Source of the DNA: a virus
Taxonomy: Duplodnaviria; Caudoviricetes
IMG/VR virus record: IMGVR_UViG_3300037067_011215
Span: 3,554-67,553 of that record
Strand: one strand, 5' to 3'
DNA: 64,000 nucleotides
Shown: one piece after another, positions 54,177-62,024 of the stretch
How the letters are laid out: each line of letters begins with the position of its first letter
Position numbering within the stretch: the first letter of the stretch is position 1
Translations under genes and position numbers: made by a program
Notes under the pieces: generated by a model
What the model was told of the DNA's origin: nothing
Seen by the model: only the letters and a program-made list of their open reading frames with translations
Database searches by the model: none

Positions 54177-55063
54177 TTAGTTATTTGTTTTTCCGCAGAG
54201 AAATGTTCTGTAACCCATTCTTTTGCTCTTTCTTTCTCTACGAAAGTTCCACCCATTTTCTCTTTTTCTATTGCATTTTTTATTACCGATTTCAATTCTT
54301 TGTTCCATACAGTTTCCATCGGCAAATCTGGGTGCAAGCAATAACACCAGGGATCTATATTGCTTATTACAGTCTGTTCCTGTACCAATCCTTCCAACGA
54401 ATTTCCGGCGTTATAGTGTGTATCTCCCATAGAATCGAAAATTATTCTATATTTCGCTTTTTCTTTAATTGCATCTTCCCATTTCATTCCTGTTATTCTC
54501 TTGTATTCTATTTCCCCGGAATCAGTGTAATTCTTTAATACTGCTTCTAAAATATCAGTTCCTTTGTATCCTAGCTTGGTCGGTGCGTGACAAATAGATA
54601 CTTTATCTGTCTTTTCTATTCCCTCAGACAATTCCCGTATCCTTTCTATTGGTACAATCCAGTTTTCGAATGGTGGAGCACATAATTTCGTTGAAAGCGT
54701 TGTATCGCATAACATCGGCACTACTGCCCATCCATTATATTGATCTGCTCTTGTAGAATCTATTCTTGCTCTCATTCGTGAACCAGTTCCGTTTATTATA
54801 GTATTTTTTGGTCCACAGTACTTATGCAATGGTAGCTCATCAAAGCTTATTCTGTAGTCCTGGAATATGAATAGGTTGGTATTCTTGGCAAATTCTGCTG
54901 CTTCTTCTATATTTTCTTCTGTTGTCCAATCGGTTGGATATCCTAGAAATGTATTATGCACTACCATCGATTTTGCGTCCCAATCCAGGTGATCCCGCAT
55001 TGCTTTTGCTAAAAGATAATGCTGCTGTGCATTATCTGTTTCTGCGATTAGTAAAATTCGCAT
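54140..55063 (-). CDS. glycosyltransferase (GT-B-like)
   Basis: ICHAPT..GYKGT; YNAGNSLEGL. Confidence 0.7.
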   Translation of the reverse strand: MRILLIAETDNAQQHYLLAKAMRDHLDWDAKSMVVHNTFLGYPTDWTTEENIEEAAEFAKNTNLFIFQDYRISFDELPLHKYCGPKNTIINGTGSRMRARIDSTRADQYNGWAVVPMLCDTTLSTKLCAPPFENWIVPIERIRELSEGIEKTDKVSICHAPTKLGYKGTDILEAVLKNYTDSGEIEYKRITGMKWEDAIKEKAKYRIIFDSMGDTHYNAGNSLEGLVQEQTVISNIDPWCYCLHPDLPMETVWNKELKSVIKNAIEKEKMGGTFVEKERAKEWVTEHFSAEKQITKWKYFIKWVMER

Positions 55064-56074
55064 TCAAATCAGTCCTTCCGTCTCTAATGCTGCTACCATT
55101 TTGTTATAACTTGCCTCCAATCCATACTCATCGCATCTTTCGAATCCCTGGTCTGCCATATCGCACCACAAATCATTGTTTCCCAACAATTTGTTTACTT
55201 TCTCTTCTATCTCCCATTCTTTTCCTGTAGTTACTAACAATTCCGGCCAAAACTTTCTTGCGGCCTCAATTGTGCTACTTCCTACTGTTGGTATCTTTAA
55301 TGCTGCTGCATCTACTACACCCCTCCCGAATGTGTAGTCATATGTTACATCTACATTGATTAATGCTCTCTGTAAATAGTTTTCCATATATACTTTGTAT
55401 GGCATTCTCTGATATAGCCTACTGAACATGCAAATTATTGGTACTTTTGGCCCTTCCATTCCACTTGGAGCTTCATAGTTCATCAAAACAATTTCTACAT
55501 CGTTTTCCTTTCTTATCTGCTCCAATCCCATATAGTAATCCGTCCATGTGTCTGCATACCTGTGGTATTGGCACGTTATCATGTTATGTCTTTCTCTTTT
55601 ATTCAAATCTTCCTGCATTTGCGTCCATTTCTTTATTCCTTCCACATTCGTTGGATGCGGAATAGTGTAAACCTTTCTCCCCAACAATCTTTCCAGGCTT
55701 TTTGCTCCGTTTGATTCTACATGAAACACCATGTCGGCCCTATTCAATTGATCTTTCATTATCAACGGGTCGATTGTATTCCACATCGCTTTTCCAAAAT
55801 CCACGTTTGCTACTATCTTAGTGTCACTGTTCCCTAATTCGTTTCTCAGGGCCGTTATGTAAGTCTCATTTGTCGGCGTGTAATTTACGTGTATTATATC
55901 GTAATTCTCTAGGCTTTCTTTTTTGATATTTGCCGACATGATAGCTTCTCTCCCGAATTGCTCAAATGCCGTTACCCATGAAAAAAGTCCAGGCATAAAC
56001 AATCTGGCATCCGACTCTGTTGGATGCCTGATTGAATATAGCTGGTATCCTAGTTTAAATGCCATTTTATTCAC
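55064..56074 (-). CDS. glycosyltransferase (GT4/GT-B-like)
   Basis: YTFGRGVVDAAALKIPTVGS. Confidence 0.75.
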   Translation of the reverse strand: MNKMAFKLGYQLYSIRHPTESDARLFMPGLFSWVTAFEQFGREAIMSANIKKESLENYDIIHVNYTPTNETYITALRNELGNSDTKIVANVDFGKAMWNTIDPLIMKDQLNRADMVFHVESNGAKSLERLLGRKVYTIPHPTNVEGIKKWTQMQEDLNKRERHNMITCQYHRYADTWTDYYMGLEQIRKENDVEIVLMNYEAPSGMEGPKVPIICMFSRLYQRMPYKVYMENYLQRALINVDVTYDYTFGRGVVDAAALKIPTVGSSTIEAARKFWPELLVTTGKEWEIEEKVNKLLGNNDLWCDMADQGFERCDEYGLEASYNKMVAALETEGLI

Positions 56075-56610
56075 CTGTTTTTCATTTCATTTTCTACCAT
56101 TCTTACGGTTGCTTTGCAATCACACATTGCTACCAGTATTCTAATATTAGATAGATTCAATACTGTTCTTATTTCCTTCTTTCCTAATATCCCAATGAAC
56201 CAAATCATGAAATATCGTTTTCTGTGTTCCACGTCTTCTTTCTGTGTTTGTATTATATCTAGCAAAATTCTCATTCTTTTTGCAAGTACTATCATCAATC
56301 CTTCTGTCTTAAACAATTGTTTGTTAAGTTCTTCTATTTTTGTATCTTTCTCTTTTAATAATGCATCTCTTTCTTTTAATAATGTCAGTACATTGTTTAT
56401 TTCTCTCGTCCTCATCAAATCTATATCTATTTCGGCTTCTCCTAGTAATCTTATTACATCGGCATCACGGTTTTTTGTTATTACGCCATGTATGTTTTCA
56501 TTTGTCACTATTAATGTCTTTTCGTTCTTCGTTATTACATCATTTGCATCATTCCTTCTGTTACCCATTAAAAAACGTTTACATTCTGTCTCAAACACAT
56601 TTATTTTCAT
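56071..56610 (-). CDS. coiled-coil hypothetical protein
   Basis: Operonic. Confidence 0.5.
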   Translation of the reverse strand: MKINVFETECKRFLMGNRRNDANDVITKNEKTLIVTNENIHGVITKNRDADVIRLLGEAEIDIDLMRTREINNVLTLLKERDALLKEKDTKIEELNKQLFKTEGLMIVLAKRMRILLDIIQTQKEDVEHRKRYFMIWFIGILGKKEIRTVLNLSNIRILVAMCDCKATVRMVENEMKNR

Positions 56611-56633
56611 TTATTTCACCTTTTTTTCTCCAC

Positions 56634-56912
56634 TCATACTTTATCAACTGTAATCAATACTTTGTCTCCCATCTTTGCATTCTCGAATTCCTTCAATACT
56701 TCCTTATCCATTGTATTTATTACCAATCTCGTCCAGGGGTCGCTTGTTCCTTGCTTAATATTCTCATCTTTGTCGTATCCTATTTTCTTTATGGCGAATG
56801 TTGCTGTGTACCATGTTTCCTTATCGTCTTCCTTCAATCCTGTTGATTTGTTCTTTTTCGTAATGCATTTTGTGTGTTCCTCAATTTTATCAAATTTTGC
56901 TTCCAGTTCCAT
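56634..56912 (-). CDS. small beta-rich hypothetical protein
   Basis: Operonic. Confidence 0.55.
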   Translation of the reverse strand: MELEAKFDKIEEHTKCITKKNKSTGLKEDDKETWYTATFAIKKIGYDKDENIKQGTSDPWTRLVINTMDKEVLKEFENAKMGDKVLITVDKV

Positions 56913-56916
56913 AATT

Positions 56917-57219
56917 CTATCTCTCCCTGTTTTTCTTTTTTATCCTTAATTTACTCAATTTTCCTTGTTTTGGACAATTATCTAAGCTGTATATCGGTGG
57001 TTCCTTGAAAATCTTACTAAAATCCACATGTTCCTGCCGCTTTACTTCACAATTCAGGCCGCATCTATAGCATTTATCTCCATGCCTTATGCCTTGAGCT
57101 TTCAGTAGAGTATTAGACAAAGCTTCTCTTCTTTTCTTTAGCGAAGTTGCTTTTTCTATTCTTTTCCTATTTGGCTCAATAATCATATCCTGAACTGTGC
57201 TTTTTGATTCAGGATTCAT
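56917..57219 (-). CDS. small protein with Cys motif
   Basis: KCYRCGLNC...C; start MNPES after GAGG. Confidence 0.5.
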   Translation of the reverse strand: MNPESKSTVQDMIIEPNRKRIEKATSLKKRREALSNTLLKAQGIRHGDKCYRCGLNCEVKRQEHVDFSKIFKEPPIYSLDNCPKQGKLSKLRIKKKNRER

Positions 57220-57233
57220 AAAAAACCTCATTT

Positions 57234-57259
57234 CGCGAGGCGAATAGATTCGCCTCGCG
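57234..57259. repeat. hairpin, 11-bp perfect stem, directly upstream of RBS
   Basis: CGCGAGGCGAA-TAGA-TTCGCCTCGCG. Confidence 0.9.
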
Positions 57260-57274
57260 TATCCGCGTATTGCT

Positions 57275-57778
57275 TTAAAGTGGTCCTGTCTGTCCTGTCG
57301 GTGCTTCGGACTGTGCCTTTAGTACTACAAGGCTGTAACCTACTTCTCCCTCTCTCTTCAGCTTCCTTACCCCGGATGCCACTACCTTTCTATCAATTCC
57401 TGTTAGTTCTGCGATATCTTCTGTGTTTCCACAGCCATTCTCGATTGCTGCGTAGATCTTTCTCATATCTCCGAAGCTGATCTTCATTGCCTCCTTCTCC
57501 ATTGAAATCGTTTTCATTCCATTTGCCTTCAATGCTTCCTTTACTTCATCTTTTGTTACTCCGAAGGCGTTTGCCATCTTCTTTATTCCTGCCTTCTCGC
57601 TTACCATTTTCTTCAAATTTGCTGTATCCATCTTCATAGTTGCTACCGCCGCTACGTTTGTTGCGCTTGGTGCGCTCTTTTCCTTCTTTACGTCAGTTTG
57701 TGCCATGTTCTTTACTCCATTTCCCACGTTTCCAGTCGAAGGCTGGCTAGATGTCATTCCTGTTCCTTGCTGTGCCAT
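57275..57778 (-). CDS. HTH DNA-binding protein
   Basis: GIKKMANAFGVTKDEV and NTEDIAELTGIDRKVVASGVRKL. Confidence 0.7.
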   Translation of the reverse strand: MAQQGTGMTSSQPSTGNVGNGVKNMAQTDVKKEKSAPSATNVAAVATMKMDTANLKKMVSEKAGIKKMANAFGVTKDEVKEALKANGMKTISMEKEAMKISFGDMRKIYAAIENGCGNTEDIAELTGIDRKVVASGVRKLKREGEVGYSLVVLKAQSEAPTGQTGPL

Positions 57779-57793
57779 TTAATTCACCCTGTA

Positions 57794-58054
57794 TTAATAC
57801 GCAATAGAGTTCAATAATGTTCTTGCTTGCCAACCTAATCTCAGATCTCTTATTACTTCTTCAAGTTCTTCTTTTGTTAGATCTCTTTTTGGCATAACTA
57901 TAATTGCGTGTGACTTTATTGCGTCTAGCTCGTCCTTACTCTCAATGCTATTTAGATTTATCCATTCTTTTGGCATCTTCAGCCTAAAAGTTCCACTTTG
58001 ATTATGAACTTTTAGTTTTACCATGTTCGTTCTTTTCGTTTCCTCAGATGCCAT
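57794..58054 (-). CDS. AbrB/SpoVT-type regulator
   Basis: SGTFRLKMPKEWINLNSIESKDEL. Confidence 0.7.
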   Translation of the reverse strand: MASEETKRTNMVKLKVHNQSGTFRLKMPKEWINLNSIESKDELDAIKSHAIIVMPKRDLTKEELEEVIRDLRLGWQARTLLNSIAY

Positions 58055-58157
58055 ACCATAACCTTATTCTTTTTCGTATTTAACCATTTCGATTGCATAC
58101 AATCTAAATGACTGTTTCTATTGGGCTTAAATCCTATCGTCTATCAATTTGATATGC

Positions 58158-59144
58158 ATGGCTAATCCGATTATAAAGCCCGACAAGGCAAAATATTTCC
58201 CTGAAATGCTTATCGAGGCCATAAACCAAGCTTCTATAAGCACTAACGGCGAAAGCATTGCATCCTATTCTTTGATCGATAGGAGATGCACCGTTGAAAA
58301 TCCTGAAGTTCATACTCAGACTGCAAATCTCGATCTCGTTATCACTGCCGACTCTACAGAGCGTGCGCGAATTCGCTCAAATGCTCAAACATTGCAGGAT
58401 CGTAATAGATATATCAAAATTCGCGCCAGGGAAACTGTCGATTTCTCCGGTATAATGACTGCTGGCGGTCCTACGACCAATGTAAGATCTCGCTGGAACA
58501 TGACTTTTAGAGAACCACTGGTAGTTGATAAGCTCCGTGAGAAGGGGCAGCTTGATTCTGTCGAGGATTCGCTTGTTAAAGATCTTCATTTGGAAGAAAA
58601 CATGAGCTTTGGTACTATCCCGCATAATCAGAGTCTTCTTAATATCGATCCATCAAAGCTATTCGATGATGTTATCCCTGTTGAAAAAAACATGACTGCT
58701 ATGGGCGCTAGTAGCTCTTCTATCATTGGCGGATCTGCAATCAATATTCCAAATCCCAATTCGCAAGTTGCCGTTTTGCTTGGTGTTATGATAGATACTA
58801 CCTGCTTTGGGGCTGGTACTCCCGATGATACTTTCATTATTGTTGATCGTGATACCGATCCTGAGTACATGAAGCTCGATGTTACTGCTCTGCCCGATTT
58901 TACGTACCTCAAATGCTACGTTCCGGCAATAAAAAAGCTTGAGGTTCGCATAGAATCCACTACCGGCACTGGCGGCAATACTGTTCCATGTGGCTTCATT
59001 TATGGTATTCGAAACCTCAATGTCGCCGATCACATCAGATGGAAGCTGCCCTTTAATAGTGCGACTGCTCGCAGTGATGCTCAGAAGCTTGTTACCGACT
59101 GGCCGAAGACTGCAAAGGGCATTCAGGCTGGAGTTGTGATTTAG
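58158..59144 (+). CDS. second capsid-like protein candidate (two beta-sandwich halves)
   Basis: About 328 aa, beta-strand pattern in two halves, first gene of structural operon. Confidence 0.45.
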   Translation: MANPIIKPDKAKYFPEMLIEAINQASISTNGESIASYSLIDRRCTVENPEVHTQTANLDLVITADSTERARIRSNAQTLQDRNRYIKIRARETVDFSGIMTAGGPTTNVRSRWNMTFREPLVVDKLREKGQLDSVEDSLVKDLHLEENMSFGTIPHNQSLLNIDPSKLFDDVIPVEKNMTAMGASSSSIIGGSAINIPNPNSQVAVLLGVMIDTTCFGAGTPDDTFIIVDRDTDPEYMKLDVTALPDFTYLKCYVPAIKKLEVRIESTTGTGGNTVPCGFIYGIRNLNVADHIRWKLPFNSATARSDAQKLVTDWPKTAKGIQAGVVI

Positions 59145-59146
59145 GT

Positions 59147-59527
59147 ATGTCTGGAAATGAGCAAATGTTTGGCGGCTCTCTGCTTGAGCCGGAAACTTCC
59201 CACACGTCGCGACGGGCTAGAACCCGCCGCGAAATTGCTCTTAGGGACATTGGTGGCATCAGAATTGTTAATAGTGGATATTCCATTCCTGTCAAGGTTC
59301 CGGCTGATGCAGAATATTTCCTTGTTACCTCTATTGGCGGCATAAGTTACCTTGAGATTGGTGATAATTGCCCGGAGGCAAGTTCTCTGTCTACGTTTGT
59401 CGTTCCTCAAAATTTAGTTGTCAAGGATTATCCTGTTGCTCCCGGTCATGCCATTACTTGCTATGGCGGCAGTGCTGCGGTTATAACCACATTTAGGTTC
59501 TTTGGTCGAGCATATAGCATAGAATAA
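59147..59527 (+). CDS. small beta-rich virion protein
   Basis: Operonic. Confidence 0.55.
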   Translation: MSGNEQMFGGSLLEPETSHTSRRARTRREIALRDIGGIRIVNSGYSIPVKVPADAEYFLVTSIGGISYLEIGDNCPEASSLSTFVVPQNLVVKDYPVAPGHAITCYGGSAAVITTFRFFGRAYSIE

Positions 59528-59537
59528 GAGAATTAAA

Positions 59538-59987
59538 ATGTCTATCTCATCTCGATACAATCAAGGCCATTACACCATCACCCGCTATGAGTTTGAGTAT
59601 GGCGGAGATGGTGATATGGTTTTTTGCAATTTCATTTCTGATTCCAAGAAAGGTTTCAAGGTTCCTGCTAAATCGCTCATGATTCATAATCATGCAGGCG
59701 GTGCTGGTGATAATTATCTGTATTATAGGACTATTCATAATGAATTAGGATATTCCGATTACGCTATACTCGGTCCGGATGAATTCATTAATTACCAACA
59801 GGGAGAAATGAGGATATGGGGCATTGGACTATGGGCCTCTAATGCAAATCTCGTGTTCTCCCTTGATGCTACTCCCGGTGAATGGGAAGATAAAGAAGTA
59901 GATGCCTTCATTACCAGTCCTCTAATTAAAAAGGCGCTCAGTAAACTCGAAGAACAATCACTTACAACTGAATTGGTGATCAAGTAA
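59538..59987 (+). CDS. beta-rich virion protein (vertex/penton-like)
   Basis: Operonic; jelly-roll-like strand pattern. Confidence 0.5.
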   Translation: MSISSRYNQGHYTITRYEFEYGGDGDMVFCNFISDSKKGFKVPAKSLMIHNHAGGAGDNYLYYRTIHNELGYSDYAILGPDEFINYQQGEMRIWGIGLWASNANLVFSLDATPGEWEDKEVDAFITSPLIKKALSKLEEQSLTTELVIK

Positions 59988-60964
59988 TGCCAGTCAAAGG
60001 AATTACCAGCATAAGGCAGGCTTCCGGTAAACTCAATTTCTCCAAAGGAGGCAGTACTTCCATCTACCTCAATCCTACCGCTTCTAATTCATCTGACAAA
60101 CATGATGGATATTCCTGGGAGCGCCCGAAGAAAACACTTGCTGGAATTATGGCAATACTTGAACCCTGGATGGAGATTTGGATTCGTGGGCCTGCTACTT
60201 TCCAGGAGAATTTTATTATCGATGAAGAAAATGTCATTATTCATGGTATGGTTCAGGCTGGATCATCTTCCGTAGAAATTTCCCCTCTTTCCGGTGTTCC
60301 TGTCGATCTTCAAGCCGGATACTGCGAGCTTGAAGGTATTGCTGCTGTTTCTACCAATGCTAATGCTATTCAGGTAACAGGTCCGGGCCAAAAAATACAC
60401 GATTGCTATGCTGAAGTCAATTCAGATGGTGCTTCTCAATGTACTGCCATTCTTCTCAATGATTGTGATAGAATTTCTATAGGAAAAAATCATCTCAATG
60501 GTAGATATGGCCTCGATACCATAGGAATTAGGGCTGATGGTACTTTAAGTGCTAGTGTTGATGGATCTATTGAAGAAAACTATTTTGAAGGATTTGGAAC
60601 AGTTGGAACCGCAGGTCAAGGTATAAATTTTAATAATGCACAAAGATTTCTTGCTTGCAAGAATATTTTTGAGTCTTGCTATAATGGAATTTACTGTGAA
60701 GTTAAAGCTAATGCGCTTCATAGCATATTCGGAAACCAATTTTATTCCAATGCATCGGTTGATATATGTGATATGAATCCTGATCAGCAAGATTCTGGCA
60801 TTTATATTCAGAATAATTTCTTTGGATATACTGGTTGGTATCTTGATAATAATCATGATGGTATAGCAGATATTCCTGTCCAATGTTATTACAATGTTGA
60901 TTATGCACCACTCGCATACCCACATTACTCTGGGCCTTCGTTTATTCCGAGGTTTGTCGCATGA
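59987..60964 (+). CDS. right-handed beta-helix (pectate-lyase-like) spike protein
   Basis: Repeating I.EN.F / I.KN / IFGNQF / IQNNFF motifs; PKKTLAG signature near N-terminus. Confidence 0.75.
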   Translation: MPVKGITSIRQASGKLNFSKGGSTSIYLNPTASNSSDKHDGYSWERPKKTLAGIMAILEPWMEIWIRGPATFQENFIIDEENVIIHGMVQAGSSSVEISPLSGVPVDLQAGYCELEGIAAVSTNANAIQVTGPGQKIHDCYAEVNSDGASQCTAILLNDCDRISIGKNHLNGRYGLDTIGIRADGTLSASVDGSIEENYFEGFGTVGTAGQGINFNNAQRFLACKNIFESCYNGIYCEVKANALHSIFGNQFYSNASVDICDMNPDQQDSGIYIQNNFFGYTGWYLDNNHDGIADIPVQCYYNVDYAPLAYPHYSGPSFIPRFVA

Positions 60965-61133
60965 TTAAAGATAAAAAAAATACTAAAATCACGGATAAGC
61001 TTAATTCTAACGTGATTGGAGAAGTAAATCCCGTAATGGTTCCTACTTCTTCAGTTTCCGGCATCGAAAAATTGGTCTATCTCCCCCTTGTTTCTAGCGT
61101 CGCTCTTGCACCGCTCGAAAAGGACTGATTTTT

Positions 61134-61340
61134 ATGCCCAATCTCCGCGATTTATCCGAATTTATTGACCAAAACAAGAATTTCGTAGTTACTATGGTTA
61201 TTATTTTTTCTGCTATCTATTTTACTATTTATATCACTGAACTCAGTTCTAAATGGGTCGATGCTGCTCTATATGCCGCTGGTGTCTATTCTGGGCACAA
61301 AATCGAAAAGGTTAAATCTTCCATGCGCTCTACTAAATAA
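61134..61340 (+). CDS. small membrane protein
   Basis: One or two hydrophobic helices. Confidence 0.55.
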   Translation: MPNLRDLSEFIDQNKNFVVTMVIIFSAIYFTIYITELSSKWVDAALYAAGVYSGHKIEKVKSSMRSTK

Positions 61341-61617
61341 TCGTATGGCAATGTTCGAAGATTTTGGTGCGCAGGCCATTTCTGCGCAGTTTAATCGTAT
61401 GACCGATGAACAGAAGGAAGAGTTTAAATCCATGCTAATTGATGCCGAGTCCGGATTGCATACTATTAATGCGGCTCTTTCTGATAATACCATCTCAGGT
61501 GAAGAGCTTAATAATGGCTTCATTGCTGCATATGCATCTCTCGGCAAGCCTGCCTATCGTGGCGTTGTAGCTGTATTCCAGAACGCATTGAATCATCTCG
61601 GTGATTTCTGGAAGTAA
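61327..61617 (+). CDS. small helical protein
   Basis: ORF track; likely start MAMFED. Confidence 0.5.
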   Translation, partial: ALLNNRMAMFEDFGAQAISAQFNRMTDEQKEEFKSMLIDAESGLHTINAALSDNTISGEELNNGFIAAYASLGKPAYRGVVAVFQNALNHLGDFWK

Positions 61618-61646
61618 AATGATTCGCGCGTTCGCGCGAATCATTT
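61617..61646. terminator. 13-bp perfect hairpin filling the gap between two convergent stop codons
   Basis: AAATGATTCGCGC-GTTC-GCGCGAATCATTT. Confidence 0.75.
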
Positions 61647-61957
61647 CATTTAGGCCAAATGAACCAAAAAACGTAGCGAGTCGTGAAATCTATTATTGCA
61701 AAACCACTTACAAGAGCAATTAATGCTTTTATGTTATTCGCGTCTTTTAACAAATCCCATCCACATTTTGAAACTCTAAAAAACAGCAGATAGTTGTCAG
61801 TTTCTTTTTGTTTTGACTCCATTCTGCTTATGCAATTATACATTACTGACATTTGATTCAGCATAGCAGTTAATATCTGTGGAATGTTGCTGTTGTCTAT
61901 TTTTGTCGGATCTATTCCTTCGATGAAATTCACTGGATTCTCGCCGTTTTCTGCCAT
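61646..61957 (-). CDS. membrane protein with C-terminal TM helix
   Basis: Coiled coil then ALIALVSGFAIIDFTTRYVFWFIW. Confidence 0.55.
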   Translation of the reverse strand: MAENGENPVNFIEGIDPTKIDNSNIPQILTAMLNQMSVMYNCISRMESKQKETDNYLLFFRVSKCGWDLLKDANNIKALIALVSGFAIIDFTTRYVFWFIWPK

Positions 61958-62024
61958 ATGTTGAAATGCTGTTTTCTTGTATATAAGTCAAACCTTTAAG
62001 TACCTGCGAAGCAGGTACTTCAAT

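Noticed and set aside
4910-56074. DNA hypermodification pathway (ThyA homologue + glycosyltransferases + methyltransferase)
   Set aside because: ThyA keeps the dUMP-type Asn, the genes are scattered, the GTs sit among virion genes, and no nucleotide kinase or other pathway partner was seen; not excluded without nucleoside analysis.
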